Shown here piece after piece: positions 1-9,929 of a stretch of DNA of 44,364 bases (position 1 is the stretch's first letter; each line of letters starts with the position of its first letter). The stretch lies in IMG/VR virus record IMGVR_UViG_3300042884_000704, positions 1-44,364 of that record. One strand, 5' to 3'. The notes beneath the pieces were generated by a model, which saw nothing but the letters and a program-made list of their open reading frames with translations, did not search any database and had not been told where the DNA came from. The stretch comes from a virus. Its lineage: Duplodnaviria > Caudoviricetes. The position numbers and the translations under genes were made by a program.

Positions 1-2
1 AA

Positions 3-209
3 ACCAAGGCGACAATCGATGGAGTTTGGATTGTCGACGGTCGGCTTGCCGTGTGCGAATCGGAAGATGAAGCCAGGGCGATTCATCGTTCGTGCTTCCA
101 CTTCGACGCGTCGGACGTTGTTCCCTCGGATCGGTATCCGTGTCCATACGAGAGGGTCCTGCACTACCGAGGTCCAGACCGCCTGCCGTACTTCGGCAAT
201 CCGGGGTGA
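3..209 (+). CDS. 5'-truncated hypothetical protein, probably neck/tail-completion region
   Basis: Frame 3 is open from the window start (TKATIDGVWIVDGRLAVCESEDEARAIH...LPYFGNPG*) and looks more protein-like than the listed 19..234 ORF; lies just upstream of the tail tube gene. Confidence 0.45.
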   Translation, partial: TKATIDGVWIVDGRLAVCESEDEARAIHRSCFHFDASDVVPSDRYPCPYERVLHYRGPDRLPYFGNPG

Positions 210-259
210 GCAGGAACCAAGTAGAATCCGGTGAAATCTAAACCCTCGGAGCAAGTCGA

Positions 260-1141
260 ATGTCCCAAGCAACCGCAAGCCGTTTAATCGTTTCCGACTC
301 CACGACCTGGGCCAGCGGTATCGGGGTCGCGTTCAACGAGTGTTCGTTGGTCGGACAGCGAACCGTTGGGATTCATCAAGGGCATCGAGGGACACGCCAG
401 AGGGCAAGCTGCCGGGCTAGGACGCTGACCGATAAATCCGGTGGGAACATTTCCGGGAACTTCGGCGTTCAGGAAATCGATTGGTTCCTGACTCGAACGC
501 TAGGCCACACCGGGGCGAGTCCGTACATTCCAACCGAAACGATTCCAAACTGGTATGCACTTCTGGATAAGGTCGCGGCGATCTACCAGTACAACAAACT
601 GCGGATCACTTCGCTTGAAATCTCGGGCCAGGAATCACAGTATTTAAATTGGAACGTCGCGTGCGTCGGAGAACTCGAAGAAGTGCTCGGATCGACGTAT
701 CCAACCAGTCCGGTGCCTGAATGCGGGACGGCGTTTGTGCTTGCTGACTGCGCGTTGAACTACGCATCGACGGCGTACAAAATTCAATCGTTCAGCCTGT
801 CGATCGACAATGCGCTGGATCCGAACCAGTACGAAAATTCGTTGACCCCAACGCGATTCGAGTCCCAAGACCAGATCGTTCAGTTGTCGGTTCAGACTGC
901 TTTCAGGTCGGACACCTCGGCTCTTTACGATGCGGCTTTGGCCGGTGGCGAAGCGTCTTTGGTGATCTCGGACGGAACGACCAGTTATTCGTTCAACTTC
1001 GGCAATCTCAAGTGGATGAGCGGTGGGCCGACGGTCCCAGGTCGAGGACGGATCAATCAGGCTCTTACGTTCGAGGCTTTCCGCAAGGCGAACACGACGA
1101 CCAACACGGCTGACAACCAGATCCACGTGGTCAAGTCATAG
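260..1141 (+). CDS. major tail tube protein
   Basis: 293 aa, S/T/G-rich with beta-strand pattern (FSLSIDNAL, FNFGNLKW); followed by a terminator, chaperone pair and tape measure gene. Confidence 0.8.
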   Translation: MSQATASRLIVSDSTTWASGIGVAFNECSLVGQRTVGIHQGHRGTRQRASCRARTLTDKSGGNISGNFGVQEIDWFLTRTLGHTGASPYIPTETIPNWYALLDKVAAIYQYNKLRITSLEISGQESQYLNWNVACVGELEEVLGSTYPTSPVPECGTAFVLADCALNYASTAYKIQSFSLSIDNALDPNQYENSLTPTRFESQDQIVQLSVQTAFRSDTSALYDAALAGGEASLVISDGTTSYSFNFGNLKWMSGGPTVPGRGRINQALTFEAFRKANTTTNTADNQIHVVKS

Positions 1142-1167
1142 CGTGCTTGATTCCAGCGGCTATACTC

Positions 1168-1192
1168 AGGGGGCTTTCAGTCCCCTTTTTTT
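1168..1192 (+). terminator. Rho-independent terminator after the tail tube gene
   Basis: AGGGGGCT-TTC-AGTCCCCT stem-loop followed by a T run. Confidence 0.7.
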
Positions 1193-1204
1193 ATTGAGGT
1201 TGCT

Positions 1205-1585
1205 ATGAGTTGGAAAGACCCGTTGGTTCGAGCCGGTGTTGCGTGTCCTGCATTCGTGAAGGAGAAGGAAGGTTTGTATCCTTCGTTTTTCTTCCGGTAT
1301 CGTCGACCAGGGCCGGTCGAGTGCGAGCATCAGCACAAGCAGTTCTCGGCATGTACCGGCGATCCTGACAAGCTGGTCGCAACCATGCAGGCGTTCGTCG
1401 CGGCTTGGATCACTTCATGGTCGGTGAGCGATCCTTGCGATGCGGCTCACGTGAAAATGCTGACGCATCCTTTGTTGCTCAAGATCTATTTCATCATCGT
1501 GCAATCAGACCCCTCGGCCGAGATTCCTGCTGAGTTCCTCGGCGATGGCGAAACCGGATCGGCTGAGGGCGAGCAAAAAAAATAG
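1205..1585 (+). CDS. tail assembly chaperone (lambda gpG-like)
   Basis: Between tube and tape measure genes; GAGG RBS; ends in slippery CAAAAAAAA immediately before TAG. Confidence 0.8.
   Translation: MSWKDPLVRAGVACPAFVKEKEGLYPSFFFRYRRPGPVECEHQHKQFSACTGDPDKLVATMQAFVAAWITSWSVSDPCDAAHVKMLTHPLLLKIYFIIVQSDPSAEIPAEFLGDGETGSAEGEQKK
1574..1585 (+). other. -1 programmed ribosomal frameshift site
   Basis: A8 run at 1575-1582; the -1 frame is open from 1582 (ATA GCA ACG...) straight into the 1657..1983 ORF. Confidence 0.8.
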
Positions 1586-1983
1586 CAACGGCATTTTCGC
1601 TGCGGCTGGTCAATCCTGCACTGGCGGCTCGGTCCTGCGATATTTGCCGACAAATCATGTTCGACGAAGAGTCCGGCCAACCGATCAAGGCTCGGGACGG
1701 TAAGGGCTACGCTCCCCGAACGCACAAGACGCCATGCGAATCGTCGATTGGGTGCGCGAAGGGTCACTACAATGACAAGCCAGACCTGAACCCAAGCCAA
1801 GAGGCGGTGATCAGTCTGTACTTGGCATCGAGGGCAAGCGGCGGTGCAATGCTAAACGAGGCCGAGCGACGCGATTGGTGGCTTGCTGAGACGTTCGGCC
1901 AACTGCGAGAGATCGAGGAACGAGTGAATAAAAACACTATGGAGAATTTAATCCTCGGAATGGGAGCTGCTTTCCATGGCTGA
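1582..1983 (+). CDS. frameshift extension of tail assembly chaperone (gpGT-like)
   Basis: IATAFSLRLVNPALAARSCDICRQIMFDEE... is continuous with the listed 1657..1983 ORF; its stop overlaps the tape measure start. Confidence 0.75.
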   Translation: MATAFSLRLVNPALAARSCDICRQIMFDEESGQPIKARDGKGYAPRTHKTPCESSIGCAKGHYNDKPDLNPSQEAVISLYLASRASGGAMLNEAERRDWWLAETFGQLREIEERVNKNTMENLILGMGAAFHG

Positions 1984-4384
1984 AAATGCCGAACGTGGCG
2001 TGATATTCACTCTGAAAGCTCAGGTCGACCCGACTGCTAAATCCGTCGTTGAAAACTTCTCGAAGACGGTCGAGCAATCGCAAGCCCAAGCAGCAAAAAC
2101 AATCAGCGACGCGATAGCTAAATCGGCTGCTGAAATCGTTGGTACTCAGCAACAATCATCGGCTGCGGTTCAAGCAACAGCAACGGCGGCAGCTCAAGCG
2201 ACTGCGAGCGCGGTAGCTGAGTCAGTAAAAAAAACAGTCGACTTTGAAAAAAGCTCTGCTTCTGAAATCGTTCAAGCCTGGACCACTGCGGGTGAGTCTA
2301 AATCGGCTGCTGCAAAGCAATCTTCGAGCGCGACGATTGAACAAGCGACAAAGCCGCTTAGCGATGCTGAAAAGCAATCTGCTGAGGAAATGGTCAAATC
2401 GTGGACAGCTTCCTACCTTGCGGTTCAAAACACGGCTGTCGAAACCACTAAAACGACCAAGGAGCAAATTGCTGAGCTTGAGCAAAAGCAAGCCAGCATG
2501 ATATCGGTCAATGCCGACAAGGAACGTGCAGACCTGATTCATGCGAACTTAGCTCGCATCGATATCGTCAAGCGCCGTATCGAGGCCGAAGAAAGGCTAG
2601 AGCAAGCAAGGCTCCACGGAGGCAAGAAACATTCGCAAGACCTTTTGAACTTGGTCATTGATCTGAAACGAGAAGAAGAGGCTGTTGAGAAGGAAATCCA
2701 CGACGCAAAAATTGCCTTCAAGATTGCCGAGAAGAAAGAGCAGGAGGCTCAGGTCAAACAGAGACTTGAACACCTAAAAAGGATTGACTTAGAAGAGTCC
2801 CGTGCTGCTGCTGCTTCTGCTGCGAACAACGCGAAGATCGGTGCATCGGTCGGTCGAGTGGTCTCGGCATTCTCGGAAGGATCCGAGGCCCTGATGCGGT
2901 TTGCAAACGGCTTCAAGTATCTCGGCTTGGTCGGGGAAAAAGACCTGCAAAAGCTGACCGATGCGCTTCTGACCATCCAGGGGACGACCCAAGTATTCAC
3001 CGGGGCGATCCGGTTGGTGAGGCAAGCAAGCGAAGGGTATGACGCATACCGAAAAGTGGTCCTGCTGACGGCTGATGCTCACGTTGCATTGACTGCGGCT
3101 CAAAGTGCCTCGGCTGCGTCGGGAGCGGCTGCGGCTGCTGGTGCTGGTGGCTCGACGATGGGCCGGATGGCAACTGGCGCGGCTGGTATTGGAGCAAGGC
3201 TCGGCATGGCTGCTGAGACGGTCGGTATTGCTGCCGGGGGCGCTGGCCTGACTATCTTTGCCGGTGCGTTGGCTGCTGCGTCTGGTGCGTTGTTCGCTAC
3301 GGTTTCGGCGGTGGATACGTTCCGCAATGCTTTGAAGTTTGGTGCGGGTGGCGGGGCTGTCAAAGGGTCGCTGACTGAAACGATCGGTACAAACAGCATG
3401 AACCCGTTCGCTAGGGCGATGGGAACCGGATCGGCAATTGAGGCTGGACAGACTGTTGCTCGGGGATTGCTTGACCCTTTCAACCTGTTCGGGCTTAAAG
3501 GCAAAACGACGAGCGAAAAGCAGGCCGAAGACGAAAAGAAAAACATCGATCGATTGGCTCAAATTCAGGCAACCCGAGCAGAGCAGCAACGTCGCGACGA
3601 AGAGGACTTGAACAAGATCGTCTCGGAGCGATCCGCGATCGAAATGCAACGAGCAGCAACCGAGCGGGAAACGATGCAACATCGGCTCGGCGCCATGGCT
3701 GCTGAGGAACGTCGGGCCAGGATCGTTGAAGAGATTTCCTCGATCGAAAAGGATAGCTCTCTCTCGGCCGAGCAACGCGCCAAGCAGATGATCCAGTTCT
3801 CGACGCAGCGGCTTTCGGTCGAGCGTGAAATCTCGGCCGAGCGGATGAGGTCTGCTCAGGAGACTCTTGCGGCTGCGAAGCAAGAACTGCAAACCAAAGA
3901 GCAGCAATTGAAATCGGCCCAGGATGCGGCTTTGTCTGCCCAGGAGCGGTTCGGTTTGCTCAGCGCAGAAGAACAGCAACAATTGCTTGCATCCCAAAAG
4001 CAATTCGCGGCCGGGGCTCAAGGTGTCGGAGTCGAAGACCTCAGAAAGCTTCGCGGGTTCTCTGGCGCGATGGATGAGCAGATTGCATCCGAGGCAAGGC
4101 GACGGGCTCAGGCTGCTGGATTCAGTGCGTTCCAAACCGAGGACGTTAAGCGGATTCAGCAACTCGAAACCGAACGGCAACAAATCGAGGTCAAGGTCAA
4201 AGCCCAAGCCCAGGTTGTCGCTACCTTGGAAGTCGATGCCAAAAAGGTGGCAGATCAGATCAATAAGCAGATCGATGCTCAGTACGGTATCATTCTTAAG
4301 ACGATGGCCGAGCAGATCGGCATGACCAGCGCGAAGGTCAAAGAGCTTGAGGACGGGATGCGAAATCGATTCACGAGGATCTAA
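1976..4384 (+). CDS. tail tape measure protein
   Basis: 802 aa, Ala/Gln/Glu-rich coiled coil with a central Gly/Ala-rich hydrophobic stretch; canonical position. Confidence 0.9.
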   Translation: MAENAERGVIFTLKAQVDPTAKSVVENFSKTVEQSQAQAAKTISDAIAKSAAEIVGTQQQSSAAVQATATAAAQATASAVAESVKKTVDFEKSSASEIVQAWTTAGESKSAAAKQSSSATIEQATKPLSDAEKQSAEEMVKSWTASYLAVQNTAVETTKTTKEQIAELEQKQASMISVNADKERADLIHANLARIDIVKRRIEAEERLEQARLHGGKKHSQDLLNLVIDLKREEEAVEKEIHDAKIAFKIAEKKEQEAQVKQRLEHLKRIDLEESRAAAASAANNAKIGASVGRVVSAFSEGSEALMRFANGFKYLGLVGEKDLQKLTDALLTIQGTTQVFTGAIRLVRQASEGYDAYRKVVLLTADAHVALTAAQSASAASGAAAAAGAGGSTMGRMATGAAGIGARLGMAAETVGIAAGGAGLTIFAGALAAASGALFATVSAVDTFRNALKFGAGGGAVKGSLTETIGTNSMNPFARAMGTGSAIEAGQTVARGLLDPFNLFGLKGKTTSEKQAEDEKKNIDRLAQIQATRAEQQRRDEEDLNKIVSERSAIEMQRAATERETMQHRLGAMAAEERRARIVEEISSIEKDSSLSAEQRAKQMIQFSTQRLSVEREISAERMRSAQETLAAAKQELQTKEQQLKSAQDAALSAQERFGLLSAEEQQQLLASQKQFAAGAQGVGVEDLRKLRGFSGAMDEQIASEARRRAQAAGFSAFQTEDVKRIQQLETERQQIEVKVKAQAQVVATLEVDAKKVADQINKQIDAQYGIILKTMAEQIGMTSAKVKELEDGMRNRFTRI

Positions 4385-5112
4385 TGATTTTACAAGTCGG
4401 GCCTGTCACACGGCCAAACAATGAAGCGGTGGTGGTCCCAAGCTACACTCCGATTTATGACTTGACCAGACGGGTCGAGGCGATGCGTATTCGTTGGGAA
4501 ATTACCGGGCGCGTGGTGAATTATCCGGTCGCAACGCAAGCGATCACTTCAACACAAATCAGAGAGCTTGAGGCTGCTTTCAAATCGACAAATCCAAGGT
4601 GTGCTTTGCTCGGGGATGATCGGTCTGCTACTCCATACTTGCTCGATCCAGGGCAATTGATGCAGGGTCCGTACTTGGTCGACTATTCGTTTCCAACCTC
4701 CGAGGCCGAAGTCTATGCGACCGGACTGGCGTATCGAGTCTCGATCGAGGGCGTTCAGTATGTCGGGACTGGTGGTACTGACCTGCTCGAGTTCTCGGAA
4801 GAGCTTACCGAGGATCCGGGCGGGACAACCTACGTTTATGTCGGTGGGGCGGTCAACCTTGCGGAGCGACAAGTGGCTTTTCAACAGAAGTCGTTCAAGT
4901 ACACTCAAAGCGGCTCGGCAACCGGACTGCTGGCCTATCCTGTGATTCCACCACCTATTTGGCCGTTCGCATTGCTCGGCGCTCCGAGACGCGTTCTGCA
5001 GAACCCGATTAACCAGGGTACGATCAATACTGGTTTCCCGGTAAGCTGGGAGTACAACTACGAGTGGCCAGTCAAACTCTACGGCGTTCCTCATCGAAAC
5101 AATCGAGGCTAA
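4384..5112 (+). CDS. putative distal tail protein
   Basis: TAATG-coupled directly after the tape measure gene; 242 aa, beta-rich. Confidence 0.55.
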   Translation: MILQVGPVTRPNNEAVVVPSYTPIYDLTRRVEAMRIRWEITGRVVNYPVATQAITSTQIRELEAAFKSTNPRCALLGDDRSATPYLLDPGQLMQGPYLVDYSFPTSEAEVYATGLAYRVSIEGVQYVGTGGTDLLEFSEELTEDPGGTTYVYVGGAVNLAERQVAFQQKSFKYTQSGSATGLLAYPVIPPPIWPFALLGAPRRVLQNPINQGTINTGFPVSWEYNYEWPVKLYGVPHRNNRG

Positions 5113-5115
5113 ATC

Positions 5116-6354
5116 ATGGCAACAAAATACTGGGTCGGTCGGGCTGCTTCGGTCACACAAATAACGAAGGTTGTTTTTTCTTCGATCGTTTCGACGAACA
5201 CGTATTCGGTGACGATCAACGGAAAGACCGTCAGTGCCGTGGCTGCATCAACCTCGCTCGGGGATCTGATCGACGCGTTGGTGAATGCCTGGAACAGTTC
5301 GGCAGAACCGGAACATCGGGAAATGGTCGCGGCTCGACGGGAGGATCCAACTCTGTCGGGCTTGCAACTGACCGGAACCAATCCAGGCGTACCATCGACT
5401 GTTACCGCGGCGGCAACGACCGGGACGGCAACGGTGACTCAACCTGCCGTGGCAAGCGGTCCGAACTTTTGGAACGTGGCCGGCAATTGGCTCGGTGGTA
5501 CTCTCCCCGCGGCGGCTGACGATATCGTGGTTCGAGATTCTTCGGTCTCGATCCTGTACGGGCTGACCGACACGAACAACTACGCAAGCCTGAAAATAGA
5601 ATCGAGCTTCACTGGGACGGTCGGACTCCCGGACACGAATGCAGTCGGGTATCCAGAATACCGAACCACGATGCTGACGCTTGGCACTGGATCAGCGATC
5701 GTGGTCGATCTTGGGTATGGAGTGGGTGCGTTCTCTGGACGCATTAGGCTCGATGTGCAGGGCTCTAACGTGACCTATACGGTCTCGGGCGCGGGGTCAA
5801 ACTTTGGTGCTGCGTTCCCGTTCGAGCTTCGCAATCCTGGGGCCGGATCGACTGTGCGAGTGTATGCCGGTGGGGTGCTAGTGAATTCCTCGACAACCGG
5901 TACCGTTGCGGCTCTTGATGTGATCCAACGCGATACCGTGGCGGCTGCGCCACAAGTAAGCATCATGCCGGAAATCACTTGCACAACGATCGAGGTCTAC
6001 GGTGGGACTCTATTGCTCGAAGGATCGGCAACGACGCTGATTGCTCGGGAGCGTGCTCAGGTGACGGTGGCAAGGTCTGCTGCGGTCGCGACGGTGAAGG
6101 TATCGAGTCAAGCTCGGATCAACTGGGATTCCTCGGGAGGCATCACAACGAAGCTCCATGTTGAACAGGCCGGTACGATTGACTTCGGGCGCGTCGGTAC
6201 TTCGAAGACCGTGGCTGCTTGTGATCTGTTTGCCGGGGGTTCGTTGCATGACCCATTGGACAACATCACGTTTACCGCTGGCGTGGTTCTCCAGGCGTGC
6301 AGAATATCCGATGTGACGATCGATCTAGGGGTCGGAGTGACGATCAATGGCTAA
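5116..6354 (+). CDS. tail/baseplate structural protein
   Basis: 412 aa T/G/V/A-rich beta-solenoid-like sequence; WNVAGNWLGGTLPAAADD motif typical of adhesin/passenger repeats. Confidence 0.6.
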   Translation: MATKYWVGRAASVTQITKVVFSSIVSTNTYSVTINGKTVSAVAASTSLGDLIDALVNAWNSSAEPEHREMVAARREDPTLSGLQLTGTNPGVPSTVTAAATTGTATVTQPAVASGPNFWNVAGNWLGGTLPAAADDIVVRDSSVSILYGLTDTNNYASLKIESSFTGTVGLPDTNAVGYPEYRTTMLTLGTGSAIVVDLGYGVGAFSGRIRLDVQGSNVTYTVSGAGSNFGAAFPFELRNPGAGSTVRVYAGGVLVNSSTTGTVAALDVIQRDTVAAAPQVSIMPEITCTTIEVYGGTLLLEGSATTLIARERAQVTVARSAAVATVKVSSQARINWDSSGGITTKLHVEQAGTIDFGRVGTSKTVAACDLFAGGSLHDPLDNITFTAGVVLQACRISDVTIDLGVGVTING

Positions 6355-8245
6355 CGCGCCTCAGGGTACTTTCCAGTTCGCCGGAGTGTTCGCCGAGGGG
6401 GAATTCCAGGTCAATCGGTCCGGATCGACTCTGCCTGATACGATCACGGCTCAATTCACTTTGAATTCGGTGATTCCTCAGTACGGGGATATTCGAGTCT
6501 CGTACGGGAATCAATCGATCTTGATTCCTGGATGCCGGGTGGTTCGAGCAGAGGTCCAGGGGGGCACTTCGGGACGGTACCGTGAAGTCCAATTCGAAGA
6601 TCGACGTTGGAGGTGGCAGTATGCTTATGCGTTTGGGAACGTGAACATTGAAAGCATTCGACTGTTCAAATTAAGTGCAAATCGAATTCCAACCATCGAG
6701 GTAATCAATCTGCTACTTGGGATAGTCGGAGAGCAAAACGCGCAGTTGTCTCCGCCGAATGCTTTCGGGCAAATATACTTTGATAAATATGGGAATGTTG
6801 ATCAATGGTATCCGTACGCCGAGCCTCAGCACTTCGACGGCCGGACCGTGGCTGAATGCCTTGATGAGGTCTTGAGCTTCTACAACGCTCGGTTGTATCT
6901 CGGCTGGGACAATCGAGTTCGCATTTTCGTTCCTGGGTATGGGGCCAACATCCCAAACGATCTTCGGGTCATGGACTACACGGTTTCAGTGACTCCCCCT
7001 GTTGTGCCTGAATCGGTTGTTTTTGAATTTGCCGACACGACGTTCACAAATGATTTTGTACTTCAAGCCGTCGGGTACAAGTGGGACACGGCGGCAGAAA
7101 ACCCTAGCACTTCGCTGGTCCCGATCGACCAGTTAAACTATGGGCCGCTGAACCCAGTCACCAACAAAGTCGATTGGACCTACTCTGACCCCCCGTTGTT
7201 CAGTCGCATTCAGGACAAACGAATCCGAGAGCTTTGCAGGCGCACTATTTTTAAGCTGTACCGCATCGACTCGTCTAAGCGGGTTTCTTTGCTGAACCCC
7301 TTTCAGAATGCAAATACTCAGGGGCTAGGTCTAGATTTCAACCCGGATGATTTTGTGCTTGATGATGCGTTGTATGTCGACCATCCGTTGTTTCCACCTT
7401 TCAGGCAACCTCAAAAACCGACTGCATGGAAAAATGCTGGCATCGATGCCGACTATCAAAGACTCAGTTTCGATGAAGACTCTCGAAACTTTATGGTGAT
7501 GGGGTACTTTGCAGATAGGACAATTCACCAGACGAATAACAACGTTGCTATTCCAGCAAACTACCAAATGACGGGTCGCGAGTTTGCTTCATTCGACGAG
7601 CCGACATTGCGTACCAACTTCCCGAATAGCGTCTACAACGGATCGTTCGAGTTCGATGCTCAGGAACGATTGGTCAAGCTTTCGAATGCCCTAGTGTTCA
7701 TCAATCGCAATCAAGCTGGCGCAGTTCAACAGGCAACCTATCAGCCAGCGAAATTGCTCCTGAGGGCAAGCCATCGACTGAGAAGGCGTGCTGACTTTGA
7801 ATTCCTCAGAGCAGTGATTCCGTTTCGGCTCAACAGTCCTCTTTCGGTTCCTGGGATGGTCGAGAAAATCAGGATCGATGATCGGCTATTGTTTGATCGA
7901 TTCTATGGGGTGACGATACCAGAAATCCAAACCAGGGTTCAACCTTACCTTGCCAACTACGTCGCATCGAAGACGGTATCCGAGTCGGCTACGGTCCCGA
8001 TGAAGGGGTTCGCGTTTGACATATCGCCGGACGGGAATATCCCAACGGTGTCGTTCTCTAGGAACTCAGCGGGTCAATGCACAACGAGCGTTCAATGGCA
8101 AAAAGAAAACCCATCGATTTTCCCGATGTACGATGAACTCAGCGGGGCTCAACGATCCAGAGCAACATCAAGAGCAGTCGCTAGGAATCAAAAAAAGCAA
8201 GCTTCACAAATTCAAAAGTTTCTGACTAAAAAGGGGCTTGTCTAG
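6347..8245 (+). CDS. putative tail tip/hub protein
   Basis: 632 aa; N-terminal VQFEDRRWRW and CLDEVL...ARLY patterns resemble baseplate hub proteins; position in tail module. Confidence 0.55.
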   Translation: MANAPQGTFQFAGVFAEGEFQVNRSGSTLPDTITAQFTLNSVIPQYGDIRVSYGNQSILIPGCRVVRAEVQGGTSGRYREVQFEDRRWRWQYAYAFGNVNIESIRLFKLSANRIPTIEVINLLLGIVGEQNAQLSPPNAFGQIYFDKYGNVDQWYPYAEPQHFDGRTVAECLDEVLSFYNARLYLGWDNRVRIFVPGYGANIPNDLRVMDYTVSVTPPVVPESVVFEFADTTFTNDFVLQAVGYKWDTAAENPSTSLVPIDQLNYGPLNPVTNKVDWTYSDPPLFSRIQDKRIRELCRRTIFKLYRIDSSKRVSLLNPFQNANTQGLGLDFNPDDFVLDDALYVDHPLFPPFRQPQKPTAWKNAGIDADYQRLSFDEDSRNFMVMGYFADRTIHQTNNNVAIPANYQMTGREFASFDEPTLRTNFPNSVYNGSFEFDAQERLVKLSNALVFINRNQAGAVQQATYQPAKLLLRASHRLRRRADFEFLRAVIPFRLNSPLSVPGMVEKIRIDDRLLFDRFYGVTIPEIQTRVQPYLANYVASKTVSESATVPMKGFAFDISPDGNIPTVSFSRNSAGQCTTSVQWQKENPSIFPMYDELSGAQRSRATSRAVARNQKKQASQIQKFLTKKGLV

Positions 8246-8907
8246 TGTTCCTCGATCTACAAGTCCCCTACGCATTCAAGAACCAGACCGGCTATGAGAT
8301 ACCCCCCTACGGGGTGGTAGTCATTACTGGCGCGACGGTCCAAGAGGGTGAGATTGTATTCTCGATTCGCAGGCCAACAGCGAGCGACGAGATCGACCAA
8401 GAACCAGCAAGCGTTTTGTTTAACGGCATCCAGCCTGTCCCGAACAATCTCGACGGCGTTGGAACACGAACGCTGCCGGTTCAAGCTTTGATCGAACAAC
8501 CATCGTCAGACCATCCGAGCGGTCTTGCTGTTGGGCTCAAGGCCAATTCGTTTGCTCTGGCCATCGGTGGAAGCTGCTTTAAGATCTTGGCGAAAGACCT
8601 GACGGACCCTCATATTCAGTCCGGGCATGGGGTGTACTTCGTCGAGGCGGCCCATGGCAAGGCTCAAATCTATGTTGGCCGGACTCTTGATACTATCGCC
8701 GGTCGCTCGGGATTCACTGTCTCGAAGGGTGACGTTGAACTGTTTCGCATAGACAACACTGGGACACTTGAAGAGGTTGTCGACTCTCTTGGTGCTCAGG
8801 TGATTATCGAAGCGTACAATGTTTCAGTTGATCCGATCCAAAACTTCGTTTGGGTAGAAGTTAAAAAGACAGACAGGAACTGGATCGCAGAGGAACTTTG
8901 CCAATGA
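8245..8907 (+). CDS. tail-associated protein
   Basis: GTG start overlapping the previous stop; NQTGYEIPPYGVVVITG N-terminus; ends EELCQ. Confidence 0.55.
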   Translation: MFLDLQVPYAFKNQTGYEIPPYGVVVITGATVQEGEIVFSIRRPTASDEIDQEPASVLFNGIQPVPNNLDGVGTRTLPVQALIEQPSSDHPSGLAVGLKANSFALAIGGSCFKILAKDLTDPHIQSGHGVYFVEAAHGKAQIYVGRTLDTIAGRSGFTVSKGDVELFRIDNTGTLEEVVDSLGAQVIIEAYNVSVDPIQNFVWVEVKKTDRNWIAEELCQ

Positions 8908-9929
8908 CATGCAACGGGAACTGCGCTAGGTGCTGCTGCTGCGGGTCAAAGCAACTGCGCGAAATGCCTGGGTACAATGAGGATATCAACAACCCTGGAA
9001 GGCCAGTCAAAGCAACAATTCGTTGGAACTTCGACAATGGGATTTTTGCTGGCGAGTATTTCGATTTGGTTCGCGTCAACTACACGGACCCATCAAATAG
9101 CGGTTCCTATGCTTCCACCGAACGGGTTTGTATGGTCGAGTATCGTCCTGGGTCGGGATACTATGGCGGCGGGTACGGCGGCGATGTTCCGGTTTGCATT
9201 GGGCCAACGAAGAGCACACCTTGGGTAAGAGTTGCGTATGGAAAATGTTGCCCGCTCCCTGCTGTTGGGCCAAATAGAGCCTATGCAACTTTTTACAGGG
9301 TATCGGTAAGACTTTGCAACATAGCGTTGAACGTCGCTCGATGTAAAAAAACAACCTATGCCTGCGACTATGTAAACTCGGAGGACGCGGATAATCTTTG
9401 CGGTTACTTGGTCAACGCGAGGATGCAACTTAATTTGATTGTCCAGGTCGCTGACTACACAAGAGGCGGTCTATTCGATCCAATAAACTGCGCTGAGGTT
9501 GTGTACCCAACAGCCGAAGATGTTCCGGCATCTACTTCGGGATTTTGGAGTATCACTGATGCGTCTAATACGTTTTTGCCTGTTGCTCGATCTAGGGTTG
9601 TTTCTAGTCTTAGGGTGATACCAACTGAAATCGAGCTTTTCCTGCCTTATGGGATCAATCAAAAGGAATGCTGCTCAGAATGGGGTGTGCCGGAAAACGC
9701 TTTTGGGATTCCTAAGCCCGATGGCTGGAACGATCTGTACCTCCAATGTCAAGCTGAGGATGGGGAATTTGATATTAGAATTGAGGCTCCTGAATGCTTG
9801 TACGACAACGATAGCGGATGTTTAAATCCTCCATGCTGCCCTAATGGTTTCGAATGCGTGACGACTAATTACCAGCAAAACATAAACTTAGGCGATTGGC
9901 GATTCATCGGAACTGGAGAACCAGCGTAG
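8904..9929 (+). CDS. cysteine-rich putative tail fibre/receptor-binding protein
   Basis: ATGA overlap with the upstream stop; MTCNGNCARCCCC N-terminus; about 23 Cys; more AT-rich than its neighbours. Confidence 0.55.
   Translation: MTCNGNCARCCCCGSKQLREMPGYNEDINNPGRPVKATIRWNFDNGIFAGEYFDLVRVNYTDPSNSGSYASTERVCMVEYRPGSGYYGGGYGGDVPVCIGPTKSTPWVRVAYGKCCPLPAVGPNRAYATFYRVSVRLCNIALNVARCKKTTYACDYVNSEDADNLCGYLVNARMQLNLIVQVADYTRGGLFDPINCAEVVYPTAEDVPASTSGFWSITDASNTFLPVARSRVVSSLRVIPTEIELFLPYGINQKECCSEWGVPENAFGIPKPDGWNDLYLQCQAEDGEFDIRIEAPECLYDNDSGCLNPPCCPNGFECVTTNYQQNINLGDWRFIGTGEPA

Noticed and set aside
19-234. Listed 71-aa ORF
   Set aside because: Arg/Thr-rich with no RBS; frame 3 (3..209) looks like the real truncated gene
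2789-4207. 472-aa reverse-strand ORF and many other long antisense ORFs (e.g. 29950-30825, 38017-38883, 33596-34318)
   Set aside because: Shadows of well-supported + strand genes; no motifs or RBS, atypical composition
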